DNA of 64,000 bases from Pristiophorus japonicus (Eukaryota): NCBI RefSeq assembly GCF_044704955.1, contig NC_091999.1, forward strand, positions 35,030,001 to 35,094,000, written 5' to 3'. The notes beneath the pieces are model-generated. The model was not told the DNA's origin, made no database searches, and saw nothing but the letters and a program-made list of their open reading frames with translations. Positions 1 to 14,004 of the stretch are shown here, in pieces. Made by a program: the position numbers and the translations under genes. The first letter of the stretch is position 1. Each line of letters begins with the position of its first letter.

Positions 1-2199
1 AGAGTCCAAGTTTCGACAGGAGTTACTCCTATTGTTTTGGAGTATCGAATAAATCACAATTGTCCACGTTTAGTTTGTTCCACTTTCAGTCAGTTAGTTC
101 AGTTTCTTTTTCCAGCCACTTACGCCCATTTTGGCCAGTTAAGCAAGTTTAGACAGCGAACAGTTACTCCAAACTAACTTAGGCCTGAGTCAGTGCTCCT
201 TTTTGTACGCTCAGAAAAACCTTGCGAACACTTTAGAAATCAGGCGCCGGTAGCCAGAAATAGTGGGCGGCGGAGGGGTTGTGGAGGGATGGGAAGTTGG
301 AGGATTTTCCAAAACAGTAAGCACTTCACTTGTGAAAATCCAGAAGCATTATCAATAATAAATGGTCAATAACTCAATCAATAAATAAAATTTAAATATA
401 AATTAAAAATCAATCAATAAATAAAAAATTAAACGTTGCCACCTCACCTACTGCAGCACCTAACCGTTCCGGAACACTGCGAGCCCTCCAGCAGCACACA
501 CAGCCCTGCCTGTCCGATTACATTTTCAAGGTTGAAGAGTTCGGGCGGGGCCCCGCCGTGGAAGAGTTCGGGCAGGGCCCGCTGCCAGGGAAGAGTTCGG
601 GAGGGGCGCTCCACCAGGGAGATGGATGCGTGGGGCCCGCCGAAGAGATAGGGAAGGACGAGACCCTGGAGAGATTTGAACAAGAGAATGCGTATTTTAA
701 AGGCTGATGCCACCAGCCATCTCGGCCAGCACAGAATGTAACTCACTACCAAGAGGAAGGATGTTACTTCAACTACGAATGCATAATGCGGGGAAATCAA
801 TATCTATCCCTTTAACTAACAGCGACATGGAAAGAGGGAAATGAATGACCTTGAAACACCTGATTAACTTGGCACTGAAGTGTCTGAAACTCATAATAGG
901 AACTCCAGGAAAACAAAATACTGACAAATGTTAAATTGTTTTGTTAACAAAAGAAATCTCGATTTAAATTTTAAAAGATAAATTCTTTAACAGGGATTCA
1001 TATGGACTCACCTGACAGGCTGACTCAGGATCCACCCCTCAAGCACCACGATTGTTTGTAGAACACGCTGCTCTCTGGGCCCACCGACCCCTGACCTCTC
1101 TTCCTGTTGGTTCCCAGGGCAATCAATCACCACTCGACAACATTATGCTGCCACATTAAGTTGAGAGGCTCGGAGAAAGAAATAAAACAAGGCTGTGAAC
1201 CTGAGTTAAGAAATAAAATTAGAAAAGCATGATTAAATAAACAAGGAGAGACAATATAAACTGAAGGGTACAATCCGAAAGGGGTGCATGAAGATTGAGA
1301 TTTGCGGGTATATGTGCACAAATCGCTGAAGGTGGCAGGACAGGTTGAGAAAGCAATTAAAAAAGCTTACAGTATCCTGGGCACCACAGAGTACAAAAGC
1401 AAGGAGATTATGATGAACCTTTGTAAAACACTGGTACGGTCTCAACTGGAGCATTGTGTCCAATTCTGGGCACCGCAGATTTGGATGTGATGGCCTTAGA
1501 GAGGGTGCAGAAAAGATTGACAAGAATGATTCACGAGATGAGGGACTTTGGTTACGTGGATTGACTGGAGAAGCTGGGGTTGTTCTCCTTGGAGCAGATA
1601 AGGTTGAGAGGAGAATTGATAGAAGTGTTCAAAATCATGATGGGTCCGGATATAGTAGATAGAGAGATACTGTTCCCACTGGCAGAAGGGTAGAGAATCA
1701 GAGGAGATGGATTTAAGGTGAATGGCAAAAGAACCAATGGTGACATCACAAAATCTATTTTACACAGCGAGTGGTTAGGATCCGGAATGCATGGCCTGAA
1801 AGGGTGGTGAAGACACTGTCAATCACATCTTTCAAAAAATAAATCTGGATAAGTATCTGAAAAAAATCATTTGCAGGGCCGGGGGAGAGGGTGGGCAGTT
1901 GGATTAACTGGGACCCGGCAGGGGTGACGGGCTGAATGGCCTTCAGTGCTGTAACCATTCTGTGATTGTGTGAGCAGGACCACTCTGTTGCCTGACTCAG
2001 TCGAAAGCCGTCCTGATTGTGAGCGCCTCTGTTAAGCCTACCCTGCACCTTCACTGCTGCAAGGAAAACCACCCCAGGTGCTGCAGCCATCAACTTATTG
2101 AATGGCGGCAGGCTCGAGGGGCCAAAGCGCCGAATCATCTCCTATTTCTGATGTTCTCATGTATTCATGTCACTGGTCCCCATCCTGCATCTGCCCTGC

Positions 2200-3450
2200 A
2201 GCGGGACAATGGAAAGTATTGTGACGTCGAGGAAGCCCCGCCCCTGCTGCTCCCTGCTCCCCGTGGCGGGCGGACCCGTGCTGCCCAAAGATGGCGGTCG
2301 AACTCCCGGCAACCCCCGACAGTAACCAAGGCCCGTCCCCGCCCGAAGGTGCCGCTCCCGCCGACTCGGCGGCCAAATCTCACCGCCCGTGCATGTCCGT
2401 GAGTATGTGAGTCCTCAGCGAGGCTGGGCGCACTGCCTGGGCTGCTCATCCATCCTCCGCGGGGCGGGGGGGGGCAAAACGTCGTCCGTCCACAGCTAAT
2501 CTCCCACAGTTGACTGGCCCCGAGCCTGTGCAGAACTCCGCCTCACCTCACCTGGACCCCGAGCTCAAAGGCTGCGAGGAGAGCCCACCCACAAACCCCG
2601 CAACCGCCCGCCCGCAACACTCAGCTCTGGCTGGGTTCATTTCTACACTCACTGGTTCCTCTCCCCTGAAGGTATTGACTCTGGCTGGGTTCAGCTCGAC
2701 ACTCACTGGTTCCCCTCCGCTGAAGGTGCTGACTCTGGCTGGGTTTAGATCTACACTCACTGGTTCCCTTCCCCTGAAGGTACTGACTCTGGCTGGGTTC
2801 AGTTCTACACTCACTGGTTCCCCTCCCCTGAAGGTACTGACTGTGGCTGGGTTCAGTTCTACACTCACAGGGTCCCCTCCACTGAAGGTACTGACTTTGG
2901 CTGCGTTCAGTTCTACACACACTGGTTCCCCTCCCCTGAAGGTACTGACTCTGGCTGGGTTTAGTTCGACATTCACTGGTTCTCCTCCCCTGAAGGTACT
3001 GACTCCAGCTGGGTTCAGTTCCAGACATTGACATCATTCACGTTGTTCCTGCACCGAGATGGCCGCGCATGCGCTGTGCTACTCACTGAATCAAGATTTT
3101 GGGGCGCTGAACCTGCCTTCCTGCACGAAGATGGCCGCCGTCAGCCTGGGCCTGTGACCAGTAGAAAGCCCCGAAGCTGCAACCGCCGATATTCCGGTTA
3201 TTATTCCGGGCTTGCGGCGAGCACCGGTTTTTTATCAAGCCTCCACGACTCCCTGCTGGTCGATTACTCCCCTCCGCCCCGCCGATATGGACACTTCCCA
3301 TGAACCTCTCAAAAACATGTCTCCTCCGCCATTTAAAGCACTGCGCATGCACCAAACACTGCCTGGGCCCACGCCTGCGCACTGAGCTCCTGTAGTCTGG
3401 GTGCGGCACATTCTCCCCGGCGGGGCATGCTGGGTACAGAGGACCATGAT
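2200..3450. promoter_or_regulatory. CpG island with housekeeping-promoter motifs
   Basis: CpG-dense; TGACGTC (2222), GC boxes, AAGATGGCGG (2288) and AAGATGGCCGCC (~3128) YY1-like sites, GCGCATGCGC (3065) NRF1 site. Confidence 0.65.
2621..3020. repeat. 54-bp minisatellite, about 7 copies
   Basis: actctggctgggttcagttctacactcactggttcccctcccctgaaggtactg (18-aa periodicity in the ORF track). Confidence 0.95.
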
Positions 3451-3759
3451 AAATAGGAGCAGGAGTGGGCCAGATACTGCACGGTTATATGCAGTGTAAA
3501 GCTGCCTCTACACTGTCCCATCTAACACTGCCAGGATATGTACTGCACCGGTTAGATACGGAGTAAAGCTCCCTCGACACTGTCCCATTAAACACTCCCA
3601 GTGCAGGTACAGCATGGATTACATACAGAGTGAAGTTCCGTCTACACTGTCCCATCAAACACTGCCAGGGCATGTACAGTATCATTTACATGCAGGGTAA
3701 ACGTCTCTCTTAACAGCCAATCCAAAAATGCACAGGACAGGCACAACACAGATTAGGAA

Positions 3760-5368
3760 CACATCATCATCATCACAGGCAGTCCGTCAAAATCGAGGAA
3801 AACTTGCTTATACTCGAAAGGTGAGTTCTTACGTGACTAAACAGTCCAGTACGGGAATTACAGCCTCTGTCACAGGTGGGACAGAAGTCGTTGAACGAAA
3901 GGATGGGTGGGAGTGGTTTGCCGCATGCTCCTCCACTTGGTTTCTGCATGCTCTCGGCAATGAGACTTGAGGTGCTCAGAGCCCTCCCGGATGCACTTAC
4001 TCAACTTAGGGTGAACGTTTGTCAGGGACTCCCAGGTATCGGGGGGTTGCTGAATTTTATCAAGGGGGCTTGAGGGTGTTGTTGAAAGGTTTCCTCTGCC
4101 CATTGTAGGCTCGCTTGCCGTGTAGGAGTTCCGAGAAGAGCCTTGATTTGGGAGTCTTGTGTCAGGCATGTGAACAATGTGTCGAGCCAGGGTATCCCTG
4201 GAGATTGAGCATGCAGTGTCCACCGGTAGACTCGTGGCCTTCCATGAGAGGTGAGCACCAGAGAGACTGGAGTGCATCATTCCAGAGGGAACAGAATTGT
4301 AATTTTAATTCATTTGATTTGATTTGACAAAAGTTACCTTTATGTTGAATTGTTAATTTGTATTTTTGGTTCCCTAAAAAAAAACGAGGGGGCACTTTAA
4401 TGTAAGTTTCTGGAGTGTGAACCCCCTCCACCCTTTAATCATGGGGAACTTGATTATTGTTCTACTTAAAATAGTTGTGAACAATGTGGCCCACCCAATG
4501 AAGCTGGTCGAGTGTGGTCAGTGCTTCGATGCTGGGGATGTTGGCCTGATCGAGGAAACACCAGGACTGGTTTGATGAGAATGACCAGGAGATGCAAGAG
4601 CTAATTAATCGCAAGCACAAGGTATTTCTGAACCGAAAACAACAACCCAACTCGGGAGCAGTAAAGCAGCATTACAGACAGCTTAAGGCGGAGGTCCAAG
4701 AAAAAAACTGTGAGCGAAAGCATAGATGGTGGCTGGAGAAATCACAGGAGTTTCAGCAGCTGGCTGACAGTCACGATGTGCGAGGATTCTTCATCGCAGT
4801 CAAGGCCACCTATGGCCCAAGCACCCAAGGCACCGCCCCACTGCTGGCCAAGAATGGGGAAACACTCATCAAGGACACTGTGGCAGTCAGGACCCGCTGG
4901 AAGGAGCACTTCGAAGATGTCCATAACCGAGACTCTGCCTTTGACTCGAGTGTCCTCGACTCCATCCAGCAGCATGCTACCCGCCACCATCTCAGAAAAA
5001 CCTCAGCCCTGCACGAGATAGAAAATGCCATCCGCCAGCTCAAGAACACCAAGGCAATGGGAGCGGATGGAATCCCCGCTGAGGCACTAAAGTATGGTGG
5101 AGAGGCAATATTGGCATGCATGCATGACCTCATCTCTCTCATCTGGAAGGAGGAGAGCAGGCCTGGAGATCTCAGAGATGCAGTAATCATGACCATCTTT
5201 AAGAATGGAGACAAGTCCGACTGTGGCAATTACAGATGAGTCTCCCTGTTACCAGCCACTGGGAAAGTCATCACTAGAATCCTCCTCAACCGTCTTCCCC
5301 TGTGGCTGAGGAGCTCCTCCTGAAGTCACAATGTGGATTTCGTCCTCTACGGAGTACAACGGACATGG
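3760..5368 (-). mobile_element. RTE-clade LINE with (GAT)n tail and inverted 5' portion
   Basis: Tail (cat)n at 3760; minus-strand 3' ORF (HIVHMPDTRLP; IPSIEALTTLDQLHWVGH); plus-strand segment ~4558-5368 (WFDENDQ...GADGIPAE...DCGNYR). Confidence 0.85.
4182..4475 (+). mobile_element. 3' end of an L1/Tx1-like LINE nested in the RTE element
   Basis: Flanked by the 13-bp direct repeat TGTGAACAATGTG (4169-4181, 4476-4488); VSLEIEHAVSTG-like ORF2 C-terminus followed by a T-rich 3'UTR. Clade assigned from recalled similarity only. Confidence 0.6.
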
Positions 5369-5439
5369 AGTAGATATAGATCAAAGCTCCCTCTACACTG
5401 TCCCATCAGACATTCCCAGGGCAAGTACAACATGGGTTA

Positions 5440-8400
5440 TGTTATGTATGCAACCCAATGTAACCAGCAATCTACTGCGATCAGAGGGCATATCTGTTGG
5501 AGTCCCAAGGGATCCCAGCATCCATTGGGAACACTGTATATTAGCAGGCCTCCCATGCTGTACGTGCACTCTGGAGTTAGAAAAAAAAGACCAAGATCAC
5601 ATTTACTCATGTCTACAGTACTCATTCACATTAATTTATTCTGGACATAACAATTGGCGACGAGATAATGAACCATCATGTGAAAATGCAGAGAACTGTT
5701 GATATCCTGGAAAAATTCTCAGAAGGGGACGATTGGGAGGTCTTCATGCAGCGACTCGACTAATACTTCATGGCCATCGAGCTGGCAGGGAATGTGAACG
5801 CTGCCAAACAAAGGGCGATCCTCCTCACTCTCTGCGGGGCAACAACCTATGGCTCATGAAGAATTTTCTTGCTCCGGTGAAACCAACAACCAAATCGTAT
5901 GAAGAACTGTGTCGGCTGGTCCAGGAGCACCGAAATCCGAAGGAGAGCATTCTGATGGCAAGGTATCGGTTTTACACATGTCAACGGTCTCAAGGCCAGG
6001 AAGTGGTGAGCTACGTCGGCGAAATAACGCACCTTGCAGGACATTGCGAATTTGATGGATGCCTGGAGTAAATGCTAAGAGATTTTTTGTGCTTAGCATT
6101 GGGCATTAGGATATCCTTCGCAAACTATTGACTGTTGAAACACTGCACCTGAGCAAAGGCATAATGATAACCTAGGCATTTATATCCACCAGCGATAACA
6201 CCAAACAAATTTCGCAACAATCAGATGTTTCGGCAAGTATTGTACACAAAGTAACATCGTTTTCAGGCAGGAATGCATATGGCAGAATGTACACGCCTGC
6301 AGCTGCATGATCTCAGATGACTCAGAATCTGCCATCAAGCGTTAATGCGAGGCAGTTAACAGCTTGTTGGCACTGCGGAGCTGATCATCGAGCCCATCAA
6401 TGCAGCTTCAAACACTATGCGTGCAAAAGCTGTGAAACAATGGGACACCTCCAGCGAATGTGCAGATGAGCTGCAAACACTGCAAAGCACCACATTGCAG
6501 TGGAAGACCGATCCATGGTGGATCAAACTGAATTAGAGACTCAAACCGAGGAGGCAGAAGTGTACGGGGTACACACCTTCACCACGAAATGTCCACCGAT
6601 CATATTAAATGTTGAACTGAACTGAATTCCAGTATCCATAGAATTGGACATGGGTACGAGTCAGTCCATTATGAGAAAAGAGCCTTCGACAGGCCCAAGC
6701 TGAGCCCCATCACACCAAGCTGAAAACTTACATGAAAGAGCTGATCCCTGTAATTAACAGCACCTTATTAAAAGTCTGTTATGATGGAACAGTACATGAA
6801 CTACCACTAAGGATAGTGTCAGGAGATGCCCCCACATTGTTCGGCAGCAGCTGGCTGCGAAAAATACGCTGGAACTGGGATGACATCCGAGCGCTTTCAT
6901 CCATCGATGACGCCTCATGTGCCCAGGTTCTGAGCAAGATTCCATCATTGTTTGAGCCAGGGATCGGAAGTTGCTTGAGGGGAAAGGTGCAGATCCACTT
7001 GATTCCCGGTACATGACCAATCCATCACAAGGCACGGGGAGTGACATATATGATGCGAGAGAAAGTGGAGATCGAGTGAGACAGACTGCAATGGGAGGAC
7101 ATCATCGCACTGGTGGAGTTCAACGAATGGGCCAGTCAGATTGCTCTGGTTTTCAAGGGCAATGTCACGGTCAGAATAGGCGGGGACTATAAATTAACGA
7201 TTAACCATTTTTTGCTGCAGGACCAGTACCAGCAACCCAAGGCAAACAAACTATTTGCGACACTGGCAGGAGGAAAGATATTTACCAAATTGGATCTGAC
7301 CTCGGCCTACATGACACAGGAGCTGGCGGAATCTTAAAAAAAAGACCTCACCTGCATCAACACGCACAAAGGTGTGTTCATCGACATTAGATGCCCATTT
7401 GGAATTCGATCGACCGCGGCTATTTTTCAAAGGGACATGGAGAATCTGCTACATTCGGTTCTGCACATCGTGGTTTTCAGGATGATATACTGATCACAGG
7501 TTGGGACACCATCGAGCACTTGCAGACCGTGGAAGAGGTTCTAAGTCAGCGAGATCATGTGGGACTCAGGTTGAAACGCTCGCAGTGTGTTTTCCTGGCG
7601 CCAAAGGTCGAGTTCTTAGGGAGAAGAATTGTGGCAGATGGCATCAGACTCACTGACGCCAAGATGGAGGCCATGAAAAACGCGCCGAGACCACAGAATG
7701 TGACGGAGCTGTGGTCGTTCCTGGGGCTCCTCAATTATTTTGGTAATTTCCTACCCGGGTTAAGCACCTTGCTAGAACCTCTACACATGTGGCTGCGCAA
7801 AGGAGATTATTAGGCACGGGGGAAATCAAAAGATACTGCTTTTGAGAAAGCCCGAAATCTGTTATATTCCAACAAACTGGTTGTCCTGTATGATCCATGT
7901 AAACGTTTAGTGCTAGCTTGCGATGCATCTTTGTACAGGGCCGGGCGTGTGTTACAATTAGCAACCGAATTGGGAACATTGCAACCGGTCGCCTATGCGA
8001 CCAGGAGTTTGTCCAAGGCCGAAAGGACCTACAGCATGATTGAAAAAGTAGCTCTGGCATGCGTTTACGAGGTGAAAAAATGCACCAGTATCTGTTTGGG
8101 CTTTAGTTCGAGTTAGAAACTCACCATAAGCCGCTCATATCGCTATTCACAGAGAGCAAATGTATTAAAACCAATGCTTCTGCTCGCATTCAAAGATGGG
8201 CGCTCACGCTGTATGCATATAAGTATGTAATTAACCACTGGTCAGGCACAGAGAACAGCGCTGATGCCCTCAGTCGGCTACTTTTCCCACCACCGGGATG
8301 GAAATGGCGCAGCCTGCAGACTTGCTCTTGATGATGGATGCAATTGAAAATGAAAAGTCACCCGTTACAGCCGCCAGATCAGGTCCAGGACAAGCCAGGA

Positions 8401-9910
8401 TCCTTTACTGTCCCTTGTAAAAAGTGTATCCTCCATGGGAGCTGGTCCAGCGTCCCAGCGGAGATGCATGAAGAGATCAAGCTGTTCCAGCAGAGTAAAG
8501 ACGAAATGTCCAGACAGACGGACTGTCTTTTGTGGGGTAATCACGTGGTTTTGCCCAAGAAAGGCAGGGAAATGTTCAAACGCGACCTATACTGTGCCCA
8601 CCAAGGCATAGTAATGATGAAAGCTATAGCCAGACACGATGTGTGGTGGCCCAATATAGACTCAGATTTGGAGTCTTGTGTGCGCCAATGCACCACTTGC
8701 TCGCATCTGAGCAGTCCACCCAGGGCACCCAAGTTTGTGGTCATGGCCCTCCAAACCGTGGTCTAGGATTCACGTTAAATTTGCTGGCCCATTTCTAGGC
8801 AAAATGTTCTTCGTTCTTGTGGATGTTTATTCTAACTGGATTGAGTGTGTAATAATGTCTGTAAGCACGTCCACTGCCATCCTCGAAAACCTACCAGCCA
8901 CGCACGGCCTGCCTGATGTCCTTGTCAGCGACAAAGGGCCATGCTTCACCAGCGCTGAATTCAAGGAATTCATGACACGCAATGGGATCAGGCACATCAC
9001 ATCTGCCCCGTTCAAGCCCGCATCCAATGGCCAGACAGAACGTGCAGTCCAAACCATCAAGCAAAGCTTGAAACACATGTCAAAAGGCTGCCTGCAGACC
9101 CATCTGTCCCGAGTCCTGCTCAGCCACTGCATCAGACACCATGCTCTCACCGGGGTTCCCCAGCTGAGCTGCTCCTGAAAAGGGTGCTCAAAACAAGGCT
9201 TTCTCTCGTTCACCCTGATCTCCATGATCAAGTCGAGGGCAGGAGGCATCAACAAAGCATGTTCTGTGGTCTCACAAATTTGTAACGCAATATTGATGTC
9301 AATGACCCTGTATTTGTACTCAACTATGGACATGGTCCCAAATAGCTTGCTGGCACTGTCATAACCAAAGAAGGGAGGAGGGTGTTTCAGGTCAAACTCG
9401 CAAATGGAATAACTTGCAGAAAGCATTTGGACCAAACTAAACTGCGATTCACAGACAGCCACAAGCAACCAAATTTGGCCCTCCGAAGCACACACAAGTT
9501 GCAACCAACATCATTGCAGACCACGAAGCTGAACTCATCATCCCCAGCAGCCCAGCAAGGTCAGCTGCGCAGCAGCCCAGCGAAGAATCAACCAACTCAC
9601 CTGCATCTGCATTTGTACTGAGATGATCGGCTCAGGAGCAAAAAGCCCCAGATCGTCTCAACTTGCAAATAAGTGTCCTATTGACTTTTGGAGGGAGTGA
9701 TATTATGTATGCAACCCTATGTAACCAGAATTCTACCACCACCACAGGGCGTATCTGTTGGAGTCCCAAGAGATCCCAGCGTCCCTTGGGAGCACTGTAT
9801 ATAAGCAGACCTTCCATGTTGTACGTGCACTCTGAAGTTAGAATAAAGACACAGGTCACACTTACTCACATCGACAGTACTCAATCATATTACTTTTTCT
9901 GGACTTAACA
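5440..9910 (+). mobile_element. Full-length decayed Ty3/Gypsy (Mag-like) LTR retrotransposon
   Basis: ~210-bp LTRs at 5440-5652 and 9701-9910; 5-bp TSD GGTTA (5435-5439, 9911-9915); PBS TGGCGACGAG (complementary to the tRNA-Ser(GCT) 3' end); PPT before the 3' LTR; gag, PR, RT (FQDDILI), RNaseH (LACDAS) and integrase (GQTERAVQT) fragments with stops and frameshifts. Confidence 0.95.
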
Positions 9911-10146
9911 GGTTAAATATAGAATAAAGCTCCCTCTATACTGTGACACCAAACGTTTCCAGTGCAAGTACAGCACAGGGTAGACACAGATTACATCTGC
10001 CTCTAACTTGTCCCAGCCATTCCAGGGCAGATACAGATCTGTTAGATGTCGAGAAAATCTCCCTCTATACTGTTCCAGCGGATATTCGCAGTACAGGTGC
10101 AGCACGGGTGAGATACAGAGTAAAGCTCCCTCTACACTGTACCACT

Positions 10147-13100
10147 ATAATAAAAAGGCAAGCATGAAAGCTCGGTGCCTCAATGCGAGGAGTATTCGGA
10201 ATCCAAAAGAGGGCTCTGAGCTAGTTAGATTGGGGGAGAGCTCAGATGAACAGGACCCCAATAAATAATGCAAAAGGCAGGAGGCAACAGAGCAGTGCAG
10301 CACGCGGGTCAGTGTAAACCACAAGGTGATAGGAAGGGACAATATGTATAAATATAAAGGGGCTGCAGGATGGGTCAAAACTAAAAATTATGGTTCAAAA
10401 ACTAGCATTAAATCACTCTACCTAAACGCACGCAGCATTCGAAATAAAGTAAATGATTTGACGGCACAAATCATTACAAATGGGTATGATTTGGTGGCCA
10501 TTACAGAAACGTGGTTGCAGGGGTCTGCAAGACTGGGAATTAAACATACAGGGGTATCTGACAATTCGGAAAGATAGACAAGAAGTGAAAGGAGATGGGG
10601 TAGCTCTATTAATAAAGGATGATATCAGGGCAGTTTTGAGAGATTAGAGATAACTGGTGTGCGTAGTTTATAGGCCCCCAAATAATAACTTCACGGCGGG
10701 GCGGACAATAATCAAGGGAACAATGGAGGCATGTGAAAAAGGAAAGTTGTAATCATGGAGATTTTAACCTACATTTCGATTGGTCAAATCAAATCGGACA
10801 GGGTAGCCTTCAGGAGGAATTAATAGCATGCATACGGGATTGCTCCTTAGTACAGTATGTTACAAAATCTGCAAGGGAGAAAGCAATCTTAGATCTGGCC
10901 CTGTGTAATGAGCCAGGAATAATAAACGATCTCCTCGTAAAAGATCCTCTCGGAATGAGTGAGCACAGTATGGTTGAATTTGTAATACAGATTGAGGGTG
11001 AGGAAGTAGTGTCTCAAACAAGCGTACAATGCTTAAACAAAGGGGACCACAGTGAGATGAGGGCAGAGATGGCTAAAGTCGACTGGAAACACAGCTAAAC
11101 GGTGGCACAATTGAGAAACAGTGGAGGACTTTTAAAGAGCTCTTTCATAGTGCTCAGCAAAAGTATATTCCAGTGAAAAAGAAGGGTGGAAAGAGAAGGG
11201 ATAACCAGCGGTGGATAACCAAGGAAATAAAGGAGAGTATCAAATTAAAATCCAATGCCTATAAGTTGGCCAAGGTTAGTGGGAAACCAGAAGATTGGGA
11301 AAAGTTTAAACGACAGCAAAGAATGACAAAGAAAGCAATAAAGAATGGAAAGATAGATTACGACAGTAAACTTGCACAAAACATAAAAATGGAAAAAAAA
11401 AGGTTTTACCGATATATAAAACGGAAAAGAGTGACTAAAGTAAATGTTCGTCCCTTAGAAGATGAGAAGGGGGATTTAATGGTGGGAAATGTGGAAATGG
11501 CTGAGACCTTCAACAATTATTTTGCTTCGGTTTTCACAGTGGAAGACAGAAAAACAATGCCAAAAATTGCTGGTCACGGGAATGTGGGAAGGGAGGCCTT
11601 TGAGATAATCTCTATCACTAAGAGGGTAGTGCTCGACAGGGTAATGGAACTCAAGGTAGACAAGTCCCCTGGTCCTGATGAAATGCATCCCAGGGTATTA
11701 AAAGAGATGGCGGAAGTTATAGCAGATGCATTTGTTATAATCTACCAAAATTCTCTGGGCTCTGGGGAGGTACCAGCCGATTGGAAAGCAGCTAATATAA
11801 CGCCTCTGTTTAAGAAAGGGGGCAGACAAAAGGCAGTTAACGAAAGGCCGGTTAGTTTAACATCTGTCGTGGGGAAAATGCTTGAAGCTATCATTAAGGA
11901 AGAAATAGCGGGACATCTAGATAGAAATAGTGCAATCAAGCAGACGCAACATGGATTCATGAAGGGGAAATCATGTTTAACTAATCTACTGGAATTCATT
12001 GAGGATATAACGAGCATGGTGGATAGAGGTGTACCGATGGATGTGGTGTATTTAGATTTCCAAAAGGCATTCGATAAGGTGCCACACAAAAGGTTACTGC
12101 AGAAGATAGAGGTAGACAGAGTCAGAGAAAATGTATTAGCATGGATCAAGAATTGGCCGGCGAGCAGAAAGCAGAGAGTTGGGATACATGGGTCCTTTTC
12201 TGGTTGGAAATCGGTGGTTAGCGATGTGCCACATGGATCGGTGCTGGGACCACAACTGTTTACAATATACATACATGACCTGGAAGAGGGGACAGAGTGT
12301 AGTGCAACAACATTTGCAGATGACACAAAGATTAGTGGAAAAGCGGGTTGTGTAGACGACAAAGAGAGGCTGCAAAGAGATTTAGATAGGTTAAGCGAAT
12401 GGGCTAAGGTTTTGCAGATGGAATACAATGTCGGAAAATGTGAGGTCATTCTTCTTGGGAAAAAAACAGGAGAAGGGAATATTATTTGAATGGGAAGAAA
12501 TTACAACATGCTACGGTGCAGAGGAACCTGGGGGTCCTTGTGCATGAATCCCATAAAGTGAGATTGCAGGTGCAGCAGGTAATCAGGAAGGCGAATGGAA
12601 TGTTGGCCTTCATTGCGAGAGGGATGGAGTACAAAAGCAGGGAGGTCCTGCTGCAGCTGTACAGGGTATTGGTGAGGCCGCACCTGGAGTACTGCGTGCA
12701 GTTTTGGTCACCTTACTTAAGGAAGGATACACTAGCTTTGGAGGGGGTACCGAAACGATTCACTCGGCTGATTCCGGAGATGAGGGTGTTATCTTATGAT
12801 GATAGATTGAGCAGACTGGGTCTTTTCTCGTTGGGGACCAGAAGGATGAGGGTTGATCTTATAGAAACATTTAAAATAATGAAAGGGATAGACAAGATAG
12901 AAGCAGTGAGGTTGTTTCCACTGGTCGGGGAGACGAGACCTAGGGGGCACAGCCTCAAAATACGGGGGAGCCAATTTGAAACCGATTTGAGAAGGAATTT
13001 CTTCTCCCAGAGAATTGTGAATCTGTGGAATTCTCTGCCCAAGGAAACAGTTGAGGCAAGCTCATTGAATATATTCAAATCACAGATAGATAGATAATTA

Positions 13101-13250
13101 ACTAATAAGGTAATTAAGGATTATGGGGAGCTGGCGGGTAAGTGGAGCTGAGTACACGGCCAGATCAGCCGTGATCTTGTTAAATGGCGGAGCATGCTCG
13201 AGGGGCTCGATGGCCTACTCCTGTTCCTAATTCTTATGTTCTTATGTTCT
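10147..13250 (+). mobile_element. CR1 LINE (5'-truncated, disrupted ORF2)
   Basis: EN and RT motifs in ORFs 10326-13097; tail (TTCTTATG)n at ~13230-13250. Confidence 0.95.
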
Positions 13251-13340
13251 TATCAAACACTCCCAGGACAGATACAGCGTGGGTTGGAGACAGAGATAAG
13301 TTTCCTCTTCACTGTCTCATTAACCATTCCCTGGGCAGGT

Positions 13341-13998
13341 ACAACCAAGCTCATGGTCTACAGGGCTGTAGTAATACCCGCCCTCCTGTATGTCTCAGAG
13401 GCATGGACAATGTACAGTAGACACTTTTTCTCATTGGAGATATATCACCAACAATGTCTCCGCAAAATCCTACAAATCACCTGGCAGTACAGGCACACCA
13501 ACATTAGCTTCCTAGACCAGGCTAACAGCCCCAGCATTGAAGCACTGACCACACTCGATTAGCTCCGCTACGCAGACCACATAGTTCGCATGCCAGACAC
13601 GAGATTCCCAAAGCAAGTCCTCTATGCGGAACTTCTTCACGGAAAATGAGCCAAAGGTGGGCAGCGGAAACGTTACAAGAACACCCTCAAAGCCTCCCTG
13701 ATAAAATGCGAGATCCCCACTGACTTCTGGGAGTCCCTGGCCAAAGACCACCCTTAGTGGAGGAAGTACATCCGGGAGTCTCATCGCCAAGCGCATGCAG
13801 AAAACATGTGTAGGCAGTGGAAAGAGCGTGCTGCAAACTAGTCCCACTCACCCCTTCCTTCAACGACTATCTGTCCCACCTGTGGCAGAGTCTGTGGCTC
13901 TCGTATTAGACTGTTCAGTCACCAAATTAATCACTTCAGGTGTGGAAGCAAATCTTCCTCGATTCAAAGGGACTGCCTATGATGATGATGATGATGAT
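13341..13998 (+). mobile_element. RTE LINE 3' fragment with (GAT)n tail
   Basis: TKLMVYRAVVIPALLY..EAWT..CLRKILQI; gatgatgat tail at 13978-13998. Confidence 0.88.
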
Positions 13999-14004
13999 TT
14001 CACA

